Virus record (IMG/VR): IMGVR_UViG_3300029288_000055
Coordinates: 96,001-160,000 of that record
DNA: 64,000 nucleotides
DNA from: a virus
Lineage: Duplodnaviria; Heunggongvirae; Uroviricota; Caudoviricetes
Reading direction: 5' to 3' (one strand)
The position numbers and the translations under genes were made by a program. Shown here piece by piece: positions 1-8,029 of this stretch (positions within the stretch are counted from its first letter, which is position 1; each line of letters starts with the position of its first letter). A model generated the notes under the pieces. That model ran no database searches, had not been told where the DNA came from, and was given only the letters and a program-made list of their open reading frames with translations.

Positions 1-714
1 TTCTGTAACTAAAACCCAAATTGTGTTACTATGTGTACTACCAGTAATTACAGGTATTAATGCACCTTGAACAGTTTCACCACTTGGACTTCCATCAAAA
101 TCAGAACTACGAGTAAATCCTGATGTTGATGCAGAATATATATAAATACCATTTTGTTTTCCAAGTATTTGATTTTTAATTAAAACTCTCCAATCATTTT
201 GAACAATAATTCCATCAATAGTTGAACCACTTACAAAAGTACCACCAGTTAAATCAATATTACCATCACTTAAAGTTGTTGTTACTTCAACTGCTAACTT
301 AGGGTCAAGTCCTGTTGCAACAATATCTACATATTTTTTATCAACAATTTGTGTATCACTACTAAAAAATGGATGTGTTGAATAACTTAAAATACCATTA
401 CTAAATGAAGTATCACCACTCAATACACCACCTAATGCAACCTGTGTACCATTATTTGCAAGATGTAAACCGTTTGTAGTACCAGTTAAAGTACCAATAT
501 TAGTTTTGAGAACTAAATCTCCATTAGTGATTCCATTAGCATACCAATATTCAGCACCCAATATATTTACAGTTAAACCAGTATATCTATATGATAATGG
601 AATACCAGCATTTACTGCACCAATTGTTGTCCAAGGTGTAGATATATTTAAATATTTACTATCTATTGGTTTTCCTATATTAACCGCTAAATTATCATTA
701 ATAATTATTGCCAT
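1..714 (-). CDS. Tail fibre/virion structural protein (partial, runs off window start)
   Basis: Open frame from ATG at 714 (MAIIINDNLAVNIGKP...), N-terminus paralogous to 750..2564; contains RVLIKNQ...QNGIY...FTRSSDFD motif common in phage fibre proteins. Not in ORF track. Confidence 0.7.
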   Translation of the reverse strand, partial: MAIIINDNLAVNIGKPIDSKYLNISTPWTTIGAVNAGIPLSYRYTGLTVNILGAEYWYANGITNGDLVLKTNIGTLTGTTNGLHLANNGTQVALGGVLSGDTSFSNGILSYSTHPFFSSDTQIVDKKYVDIVATGLDPKLAVEVTTTLSDGNIDLTGGTFVSGSTIDGIIVQNDWRVLIKNQILGKQNGIYIYSASTSGFTRSSDFDGSPSGETVQGALIPVITGSTHSNTIWVLVTE

Positions 715-749
715 TTTATTCTATTTTTTATAATCTTTAATTTTTATTA

Positions 750-2564
750 TTAACTCATGCACATTGGTACTCCTACTGCAGTTCCTGTTGGAGCACAACT
801 AACATATACCATAAAATTACAACCTATCCAACAACCACTTCCTGAAGTTACAGTAACACTACATGATGCTGCAAATAAGTTACCAACGCCACCAATACAA
901 CCATTATTTGTTCCATTAACATACCAACAAGTTTTTACAGGAGTTCCAGCAGGTACTGCAAACCAAAGATAATCCGTTGATGCACTATTATATGTAATTG
1001 GTAATGTACCACTTGCTGAAGCAACTATTTTTGTTCCAGCAGCAACACATGCACCATTAACTATTCCTGAAGCACTTTTTCCCCAATACCAAGGTAATAT
1101 ACCAGTAATACTAACACTTGCAGAAGGTGTCATTCCTGCAGGACATGCTGAATTAAAAACAGTTCCTTTTGTACTTATTGGCTGAACACCAGCACCATAA
1201 CATGTTTGAACACTCCAAGTTTGACTACCACCTATAACTGTATAGCCAGCTATTGATCTTGTATCTGTTAATGCACTGCTTGCATATGCAGCACCAATTT
1301 GAGCACCAGTATATATGTAACAACTTGGTAAACCAACTCTCTTATCTGAAGTACTACAACCTTGTGGATTTATACAACCTCTGTTAAATGCACCAATAAC
1401 ATTAAATGAAGCACTACATCCAATTTCATATGGTGAAACTGCTGTTGTACTTATTGAACCAATAGGAGCAGTTAATGTACCAAATATTTCTGGCACTAAT
1501 ATTTCTTCAAATAATTGAAACGCTGTTTTTCCTGTTAAAATTGTTCCAGCACAAATACCACCAACAGGGCAAACTGAAGGTGAACTTAAATCATATGTAC
1601 CACCACCAGTACCACCAGTTGAAGATATCACAATATTATTTCCAACTTGACTAACAACAGTATCACCACCACCACAAATACTTTTAAATTGAAGAGTATT
1701 ATTTGTAACACCACTATAAATACCAACACCCGTACCAATATTAATACCTTTAACTGTTGCACCTGACAAATAAACAAATGCTTCATCAGATGTTACACTA
1801 ATAATATTTGGAGTTATTGATTGAATTGTTTTAAAATCTAAAATTTTACCCTCTTTTTTTGCAAAAACACCACCACCAATAGTAATTGTAGTTCCTGTTG
1901 TTAAACTACCAAGAATTGTATCAACAACTATATCTGAACCATTATTAGGATTAGTTCCAGTAATCCAAGAAGTTTGAATATATGGAATTGCTGGTGGATA
2001 ATATGCTACACCATTTTGAAATGTTCCAATTTGTTCTGCAATATTGCCATCAATTAAAATCCAACCAAGCAAATTTCCACTACCAGTATATTCATTCCAA
2101 ATCCATGACTTAACTGGTGATGCTGTCTTTACATAACCTCTTTTTAATATACCGTCACTTGGTGTACCAACATGAATTTTACCATCAGTACCTCTATAAT
2201 AATAATTATATAATGAATAATAATCACCATCATAAGCATTAAGACTTACATGATTTAATGGTAATATTTGTACACCTGTTTTGCCACTAAAGAATCCAAC
2301 ATTTGTTGCACCCGTGACAAAATCTCCACTTGGTATTATACTATCATATTTTTTTTCAATTAAATTGATATCAGCAACACCACCATTATACCAATATTCA
2401 ATACCTAATATATTTACCGTTAAGCCACTATATCTTATTGGAATTGGTAATTGTAAGTTTGCTTGTGCAACACTTATATATGCGGTATTTCCTGTACTCA
2501 AATATCTTGATTCACTTGGTTTACCAGCATTGATTTTAATATTGTCATTTAATATTATTGCCAT
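750..2564 (-). CDS. Gly/Thr/Cys-rich virion structural (fibre-like) protein
   Basis: 604 aa; N-terminus shared with 1..714, C-terminal domain shared with 2577..3734. Confidence 0.6.
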   Translation of the reverse strand: MAIILNDNIKINAGKPSESRYLSTGNTAYISVAQANLQLPIPIRYSGLTVNILGIEYWYNGGVADINLIEKKYDSIIPSGDFVTGATNVGFFSGKTGVQILPLNHVSLNAYDGDYYSLYNYYYRGTDGKIHVGTPSDGILKRGYVKTASPVKSWIWNEYTGSGNLLGWILIDGNIAEQIGTFQNGVAYYPPAIPYIQTSWITGTNPNNGSDIVVDTILGSLTTGTTITIGGGVFAKKEGKILDFKTIQSITPNIISVTSDEAFVYLSGATVKGINIGTGVGIYSGVTNNTLQFKSICGGGDTVVSQVGNNIVISSTGGTGGGTYDLSSPSVCPVGGICAGTILTGKTAFQLFEEILVPEIFGTLTAPIGSISTTAVSPYEIGCSASFNVIGAFNRGCINPQGCSTSDKRVGLPSCYIYTGAQIGAAYASSALTDTRSIAGYTVIGGSQTWSVQTCYGAGVQPISTKGTVFNSACPAGMTPSASVSITGILPWYWGKSASGIVNGACVAAGTKIVASASGTLPITYNSASTDYLWFAVPAGTPVKTCWYVNGTNNGCIGGVGNLFAASCSVTVTSGSGCWIGCNFMVYVSCAPTGTAVGVPMCMS

Positions 2565-2576
2565 TTTCTATATTTT

Positions 2577-3734
2577 TTAACTATTTCTTAATTCCATTAA
2601 TAAATTTGCAGCAGTTTGATAGTTACTTACATAAACTTTATATGCTTGACCTGACCAACATATTGTTGTTACTGGCGTTACTGTTGCTGGAGAAGGAAAT
2701 AAATTACCACCGGGAGTTACTGCACCACCAATAGCACCATTATTAAGATTATTAACAAACCAACATGTTTTTGTTGTTGAAACATTTGGCGTTGCAAACC
2801 ATATATAATCATCAGAAGTACTATTAAAATTAATAGAAACTGTACCTAAACTATCAGCAACTATTTTATTACCTGCAATCACTAATGCACATGTTGGTGT
2901 AGGTCTATTAACACCAGTAGGAACACCACCACTTGCTACTTTACCATAAAAATATGGATAAATACCAGAAATTATTCTTTGAACTGCAGGTGCTGTAGTT
3001 CCTGCAGGTGTTGCACCTGAAAAAACACCACCTGAACTGTTATATGCTGGTGTTGCACCTGAAGTATATGCCACCCAACCAGCCAAAACATTATTAGCTC
3101 CTGCAACAATTGTATGTAACGGAGCAGCACATGAATTACTTAAGCTACTTGAAACTACTGGTGCTAATGATATACCATAATACGTATATAAATATGAAGA
3201 AGGAAGACCACTTCTAAATGGTGAAGTACCACAATATTGAGGGCAAATACTACCCCTGCTAAAAGTTGCATTACCTGTTATCGTTACCTGACAACCAACT
3301 TCATATGTTGTATCAGATGGAGAAATTGTAAATGTACTTGAAGGTGGTACTATTGTAGGATTTAATGTAGGAACTAACATTGTTTCAAGAATACATGATA
3401 ATGTTTTTCCAGTAAGTACAAATCCAGCACAAATGCCACATAAACTTACTGCAGCAGGTGATTTACATATCGCTGGATATATAGGGTCACCACCAGCACC
3501 TGAAGGTAATAATTTAATTTTACCTACGCCATCATATGTTAACACATCACCAACATGTGAATCTGCATTTTCTGCGGTAACAATAAGATCAGGATGTAAA
3601 GTACCAATTGAATCATTGTGTAGTGTTAGACCGCTTGTAGTTGCAATACGAGTTTGACCAGAAAGAGTTAATGTACTACCAACTTCTTGTCTGAATTGTA
3701 TGTCTTCTAAATTTGGACGTGCGAAAAATGTCAT
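2577..3734 (-). CDS. Virion structural protein, paralog of 750..2564
   Basis: 385 aa; shared GICAGxxLTGKT and YxWFAxP..KTCWxVN..NNGxIGG..GNLF motifs; GTATTTAT motif upstream. Confidence 0.6.
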   Translation of the reverse strand: MTFFARPNLEDIQFRQEVGSTLTLSGQTRIATTSGLTLHNDSIGTLHPDLIVTAENADSHVGDVLTYDGVGKIKLLPSGAGGDPIYPAICKSPAAVSLCGICAGFVLTGKTLSCILETMLVPTLNPTIVPPSSTFTISPSDTTYEVGCQVTITGNATFSRGSICPQYCGTSPFRSGLPSSYLYTYYGISLAPVVSSSLSNSCAAPLHTIVAGANNVLAGWVAYTSGATPAYNSSGGVFSGATPAGTTAPAVQRIISGIYPYFYGKVASGGVPTGVNRPTPTCALVIAGNKIVADSLGTVSINFNSTSDDYIWFATPNVSTTKTCWFVNNLNNGAIGGAVTPGGNLFPSPATVTPVTTICWSGQAYKVYVSNYQTAANLLMELRNS

Positions 3735-3867
3735 ATGTTTTTAATTAAATTCTTATTATAATTTTTCGTAACTTACAAACCGTCCAGTAAGTTACCTAAA
3801 CCGACCATTTCTGATCGGTTTTATTTATAATAAATACAAAAGAACTTGATTAAAAACATCATAAAAT

Positions 3868-3902
3868 AAAAAAACCCTGTAAGAATAATTTTCTACAGGG
3901 TT
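3868..3902 (-). terminator. Intrinsic terminator downstream of the vWA/ARPP operon
   Basis: aaccctgta..tacagggtt hairpin followed on minus strand by a T run. Confidence 0.6.
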
Positions 3903-3908
3903 ATAAAA

Positions 3909-3944
3909 AAATTAAGGTCCGCAAATATTTGCGGACCTTAATTT
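3909..3944. repeat. 36-bp perfect palindrome, core GGTCCGCAAATATTTGCGGACC (copy 1 of 3)
   Basis: Direct reading; same core at 41244 and 42677. Confidence 0.9.
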
Positions 3945-3957
3945 ATAATATATTAAA

Positions 3958-5055
3958 TTACAAACTAAAATTTTTCTGTTTACGTGCTTTATTTCTAAGT
4001 TCACTTATCTGTCTGTATGCATTTGGATTAAACCTTTCCCTCTTAATGATGCTTACAAGATGATTAAATTCATTTTCAGTAAGAACCTGTCCAACATAAC
4101 CTTCAGTCTTAAGAACATAACTCTTTGGAGCAGTCCTTGATGTAGACTGACCTTCTGTATCAAGTTCAGCATCAAACTGAAGTTCAAGAACTTCTTGAAT
4201 CTTTTCATGAACGCTTGCAGTCATTCTTTCCTTTGTTTTCTTCAATGCTTTTTCAAGCAAATCAACAACGGTAGTACGATTATCCTTCTTAAGTTCTTCA
4301 TATGACTGAGTAAACTCATTCACAGAAGTCTTGTGCTGCAATTCACTTATGATTGCAAGTGAGCCATAACAGTCCCTGATCATCAAATCCCATACCTGTT
4401 CAGCATATGTGAATGAAGGAAATTTGTCTATTGCAACAATTTCACCATCAATCAATACGATAATACCGATAAGATTTTTTGGACGTTCAAAATGTGCAAT
4501 GAACTGTTCAAGTTTCTTGTCATACTTGTTAAAATAAACATCAAGATAGTTACCTGCACCTGAATTAGTATCTCTACCTAATTTTTCAATTGCAGGATAA
4601 ATTCTTGAATATGAATTTGGCTTTCCGATTGAATCAAAAAGCATTTCACGCATTGAAACAGGAATCATTCTGAACTCCTGAGTACCACGGAAATAACCGC
4701 CCTGACTACCCTGAACACAACCTGCATCATGGTAAGTTACATTTGCCTTTGGAGAAACATAACCAGCTTTAATCATGCCGTGATTCTGGGCAACCTGCTT
4801 AGTAATAACAGCCATTTGTGTAGGAAGAATAACTTCCTTATTTTCGTTATTAGAAAAGCTGATTTGACCATATTGTGAGTTACTTGATGTCAATGATGTC
4901 AATGGATTCGCAAAACGATCATCCATTGAATATTCAACATCAGTTGTAAGGCAAACAACTTGCATATTTAATATGCTTTGTACCACAATATTACCATCTT
5001 TGTCTTTGACAGGACGGCAACCTTTTAACATTTCTGATAAATCTTTTGTATTCAT
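3958..5055 (-). CDS. ARPP-1/DUF6569-like protein
   Basis: 365 aa; N-terminal AQNH...GCVQ motif and LIGIIVLIDGEIVAIDKF strand resemble ARPP-1 family pattern (recognition only). Confidence 0.5.
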   Translation of the reverse strand: MNTKDLSEMLKGCRPVKDKDGNIVVQSILNMQVVCLTTDVEYSMDDRFANPLTSLTSSNSQYGQISFSNNENKEVILPTQMAVITKQVAQNHGMIKAGYVSPKANVTYHDAGCVQGSQGGYFRGTQEFRMIPVSMREMLFDSIGKPNSYSRIYPAIEKLGRDTNSGAGNYLDVYFNKYDKKLEQFIAHFERPKNLIGIIVLIDGEIVAIDKFPSFTYAEQVWDLMIRDCYGSLAIISELQHKTSVNEFTQSYEELKKDNRTTVVDLLEKALKKTKERMTASVHEKIQEVLELQFDAELDTEGQSTSRTAPKSYVLKTEGYVGQVLTENEFNHLVSIIKRERFNPNAYRQISELRNKARKQKNFSL

Positions 5056-5066
5056 GGTATAAATAT

Positions 5067-6707
5067 TTAAGCGTTAATACTAATTTTTTTTGTTCTCTTA
5101 ACAGGTGCTGCTTCAAGAGCAAGAACCTGATTTTCTAACCAACGTTTTGTGTCGATTTCAAGTAATCTTGCATTGATCTGTGTTTGAATTGCAACAGGAT
5201 TGTTAATCGCCATTGTAACCACTCCAGCACCTAATGCTCTTACATTACCACCTGTTTCAGCACCAGTGATTGGTGAAATCTGGAAGATAGGTATTACACT
5301 ACCAGATTCGGCTTTCCAGATTTGAATAACTTCGTTAGTCATACCATCGTAAGCATTTTCGTAACCATCAGTTATAATAAAAATTGCATCGTATGGTTTT
5401 TCTGGACGTTCTTCCTTCAAAAGTTCAATGAATGAACTTGCAAGATCACTTGCGAAACCTTTAGTATCTACTCTATTAGATTCATTTGCCGAAGCCATAA
5501 GAACCAATGAAGTAAAATCAGCGATTGCCCGTGGAGTATTCTTTGATTCTAACTTATTACCAGTCATCGACACACTGTCGTCAACTACAATACCAATATT
5601 CTGATAAAAGAAATTATTAATTTTCTTCTTTAGAGCAAGTTTTACAATTGCAGACCTAATTTCCTCAGTAAAAATAGTTTCATAACCAGTCTTGTAAAGT
5701 GCCATGAAGTCAGTTGCTTTTTCAAGTTCAACGTGTTTTTCAACGCCTAACTTTGCAGTTGACTTAGTTTGACGTACTTGCTGGTTTACAGAAGTAACTT
5801 CAACTGTTGATCTGATCATAGCCTTTGTAGCTTCTTTCTGAAGATCAGTTGACCACATAGTATGATACTGTGGGTGCTTTACAGATGAAATTAACCCAAG
5901 CAAAACTTCTTCTGGAACACTTTTAATACCCCTGATATCAACCTTTGCCTTCTGGTATTCACTCAAAAGAGGAAATTCGAAGAAATCAACATCATTATCC
6001 TTTTTAAATAAAAACAATAACAATTTGAATGCCTTTGTTGCATCACCATTAAAATATCTTACAATACATTCATTAACAATTTTAGCTTCTTTTTCGCTAT
6101 AAACGTTATTGAAAAGAATAGTATTATTGATAGCAACCTGCTTTTGTGCAATTGAAAGCAATATAGAAGTTTTTTTCAAACCATATACATGCTTCAATAC
6201 TTGTGCAATCTTATTACGATATTTCACTGCATAGAATTCAATATTAGGCTGACCCCAAATAAAGCCAAGCATAATTTTTCTTGATCTTTCGTTATTGATT
6301 TTCTTGTTTTTCAATTCAACGAAAAGACGAAGAACATATGGAAGACCGTTTTCAGTATAAAGATTACTTAATGCAGAAAGCACGGCTTTATCACTGATGC
6401 CATTATCATACCAGTCGATTGGGTTAACAATATTACATGCTCCGCCCTTTAAAGTCTGCTTAAATTCATTAAGCAACACTTCTGATACGAATTGACCAGT
6501 TGCTCCTTTCTGGGAAGCAATAATCAATGGAAGTTCCTTTGAAAGTTTATACAGTTTATCGATTTGAGTCTGTATAGCCTTCATCTGTTCGTCTCTGCTG
6601 TGGTAGTAAGTTGCTGAACTTTTGCTACCTGAAGCAATTGTTAAACCGTCAATTAATGACTGCTTAACTGCTGGAAGTGCCTTCTGTGTTAATACCAAAT
6701 TTTCCAT
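5067..6707 (-). CDS. Helical N-terminus + vWA (MIDAS) protein, TROVE/Ro60-like architecture
   Basis: C-terminal vWA motifs IVVDDSVSM (DxSxS) and IFIITDGYEN after ~370 aa helical region; start moved to MENLVL (6707) because a promoter motif lies at 6742-6772. Confidence 0.6.
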   Translation of the reverse strand: MENLVLTQKALPAVKQSLIDGLTIASGSKSSATYYHSRDEQMKAIQTQIDKLYKLSKELPLIIASQKGATGQFVSEVLLNEFKQTLKGGACNIVNPIDWYDNGISDKAVLSALSNLYTENGLPYVLRLFVELKNKKINNERSRKIMLGFIWGQPNIEFYAVKYRNKIAQVLKHVYGLKKTSILLSIAQKQVAINNTILFNNVYSEKEAKIVNECIVRYFNGDATKAFKLLLFLFKKDNDVDFFEFPLLSEYQKAKVDIRGIKSVPEEVLLGLISSVKHPQYHTMWSTDLQKEATKAMIRSTVEVTSVNQQVRQTKSTAKLGVEKHVELEKATDFMALYKTGYETIFTEEIRSAIVKLALKKKINNFFYQNIGIVVDDSVSMTGNKLESKNTPRAIADFTSLVLMASANESNRVDTKGFASDLASSFIELLKEERPEKPYDAIFIITDGYENAYDGMTNEVIQIWKAESGSVIPIFQISPITGAETGGNVRALGAGVVTMAINNPVAIQTQINARLLEIDTKRWLENQVLALEAAPVKRTKKISINA

Positions 6708-6741
6708 AGTCTCAAATTTATTAGTTAAAATTAATGTGCAA

Positions 6742-6772
6742 TTATACGAATAATATTTTAATAAGTTACAAA
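6742..6772 (-). promoter_or_regulatory. ECF-sigma-like promoter TTTGTAAC-N16-CGTATAA
   Basis: Same motif at 61753-61784 and a variant at 8164-8195. Confidence 0.55.
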
Positions 6773-6789
6773 ATAATATAAAAAACACA

Positions 6790-6840
6790 AAAAAAATGGG
6801 TGAGTTAACGCATTTCTACGTTAAGTCCCCACCCATTTTC
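6790..6840 (-). terminator. Terminator closing the ncRNA array
   Basis: AAAATGGGTG..TTAACG-loop-CGTTAA..CACCCATTTT long hairpin followed by T tract on minus strand. Confidence 0.65.
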
Positions 6841-6868
6841 CTAAGAAAAACAAACACTTCTCATAATT

Positions 6869-6964
6869 GAGAAGAAGTTTAGTTGTAATTTGGTAAGTTT
6901 GTCCCGTCTCTCAATGGACGGGATTACATGTTTCAATCTACTGTATTCACAACAAGTTCTTCTT
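6869..6964 (-). ncRNA. Array unit A: conserved stem module + GC hairpin cargo
   Basis: AGAAGAAC-TTGTTGTGAA-TACAGTA...TCCCGTC/GACGGGA hairpin...TTACAAC-TAAAC-TTCTTCT. Confidence 0.65.
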
Positions 6965-7223
6965 TGTAATTGTTGCTTCATAGTGGCACGCTCCGAAGAA
7001 CCCGACACTTCAACACAACAATTATTTCTTTTTTTAAAAAACACTACACTTCTGCAGTGAAAAACCATTCTTAACCTGCGAATATATCAACATTCGCTCA
7101 AATGTTAGGCGGTATGCCCCGTTTTTATTTAAAAACACTGATACCAACAGCCAAAAACTTTAAACGGGTTGGGTTTAATGTGTCCGATTAGCGTTGACAC
7201 GACCCATTTCCGTTTTAAAACTT

Positions 7224-7366
7224 AGGGAACAATTTAAAAGTATTTTTTGTTTTTGATTGCAAGTTTAGCCGACTTGTGACTTAACCGCTTGTCTAATTCT
7301 CCAATTGTGGCGGAGGATGATGGATTCGAACCACCGAAATTACTATAAACACTTTTCGTTTTCCCT
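7224..7366 (-). ncRNA. Array unit B: Y-RNA/YrlA-like RNA with circularly permuted tRNA-Ser(GCU)
   Basis: GGGAAAAC-GAAAAGTGTT-TATAGTA, then T arm GGTGG-TTCGAAT-CCATC, ATCCTCC-GCCA, linker, GGAGAAT, D arm, anticodon arm CAAGT-CGGCTAA-ACTTG, then AATACTTTT-AAAT-TGTTCCC. Confidence 0.8.
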
Positions 7367-7401
7367 TTGTATTTTTAAAGAACACTTTTAATAAAATTAA
7401 G

Positions 7402-7527
7402 ATGGCGCAGACCTATTGTGGCTGTCTTTACTCTCTCATTGCATGAGAACCATTCAATTACGGCTGACTTAACAACTACTACCCAAGTTCTTGTTCTCAA
7501 ACTGTACAGTAATCAAACAATCGCCAT
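7402..7527 (-). ncRNA. Array unit C (divergent structured RNA)
   Basis: Closing stem ATGGCG/CGCCAT, internal TGAGAAC/GTTCTCA pairing, TACAGT present but upstream AAC missing. Confidence 0.35.
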
Positions 7528-7560
7528 TTGGCATTTCGTAATCTTAATTTCAAATAACTT

Positions 7561-7640
7561 TGAAGAAATTCGTTGGTCTTGTTTTAGTTTTACTCTGATT
7601 TCAAGTCAAATTGTTTACTGTAAAAACCACCAGTTCTTCA
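7561..7640 (-). ncRNA. Array unit D: conserved module + isolated Ser(UGA)-like anticodon stem-loop
   Basis: TGAAGAAC-TGGTGGTTTT-TACAGTA...TTTGA-CTTGAAA-TCAGA...AAGACCAACG-AAT-TTCTTCA. Confidence 0.7.
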
Positions 7641-7645
7641 TTTTG

Positions 7646-7720
7646 TAGCGGAGGGTGGATTCGAACACACCGATCTTAACGTTATGAGCGTCACGAGTTA
7701 ACCACTGCTACTACCCCGCA
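7646..7720 (-). tRNA. tRNA-Met(CAT), initiator-like, slightly degenerate
   Basis: TGCGGGG..CTCCGCT-A acceptor with 1:72 mismatch, TGACG-CTCATAA-CGTTA anticodon arm, TTCGAAT T loop; irregular D and T stems, no encoded CCA. Confidence 0.75.
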
Positions 7721-7761
7721 ATGTTATGAGATTTTGTGAAAATCCCATGAAAACTATAAGG

Positions 7762-7888
7762 AAAATGGACAGTTTGTTTGTTATTTTTGTTTACAATGAT
7801 GGGGTTTCGACACCCCGACCTTCTGCTTTAAATGCGGACGCTCTACACTGAGCTAATTATTTACTGTAATAACAAACCGTTTCCATTT
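7762..7888 (-). ncRNA. Array unit E: conserved module enclosing a degenerate tRNA cloverleaf
   Basis: TGGAAAC-GGTTTGTTAT-TACAGTA, GCTC/GAGC D arm, TCCGC-ATTTAAA-GCAGA, AGGTC, GGGG-TGTCGAAA-CCCC, then ATAACAAAC-AAAC-TGTCCA. Confidence 0.75.
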
Positions 7889-7893
7889 CTTTG

Positions 7894-8029
7894 TGGGGAA
7901 GGGTGAGACTGAGTCACCATACAACTGTTTTACTGACAATTTGCTGTACCTTTTTCTGTAAACACAATCAGTTCTCCAGTAAGGAGTATTACGATTATAT
8001 TTTTTGAATTTTTATTCGCATACTTCCCC
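7894..8029 (-). ncRNA. Array unit F: acceptor/T-arm scaffold with the module inserted inside-out
   Basis: GGGGAAG...GGTGA-CTCAGTC-TCACC-CTTCCCC-A; internal ATATAATCG-TAAT-ACTCC-loop-GGAG-AAC-TGATTGTGTT-TACAGAA. Confidence 0.65.

Noticed and set aside
6841-7648. ORFs 6841..7068 (-) and 7418..7648 (+)
   Set aside because: Short, atypical composition, and overlap structured RNA units; probably spurious
7794-7861. Ochre suppressor tRNA (UUA) or genetic-code reassignment
   Set aside because: Weak acceptor, no CCA, abnormal loops; genes read intact in the standard code and end in TAA, TAG and TGA
6939-7867. TACTGTA as LexA/SOS boxes
   Set aside because: Only half-sites; no CTGT-N8-ACAG dyads
6869-8029. 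CRISPR array reading of the repeated motif (ATTGAAAC in unit A)
   Set aside because: No identical direct repeats or regular spacing, and no cas genes; similarity is structural
7894-8029. tmRNA
   Set aside because: No G3-U70 pair, non-canonical T loop, too short, no tag ORF
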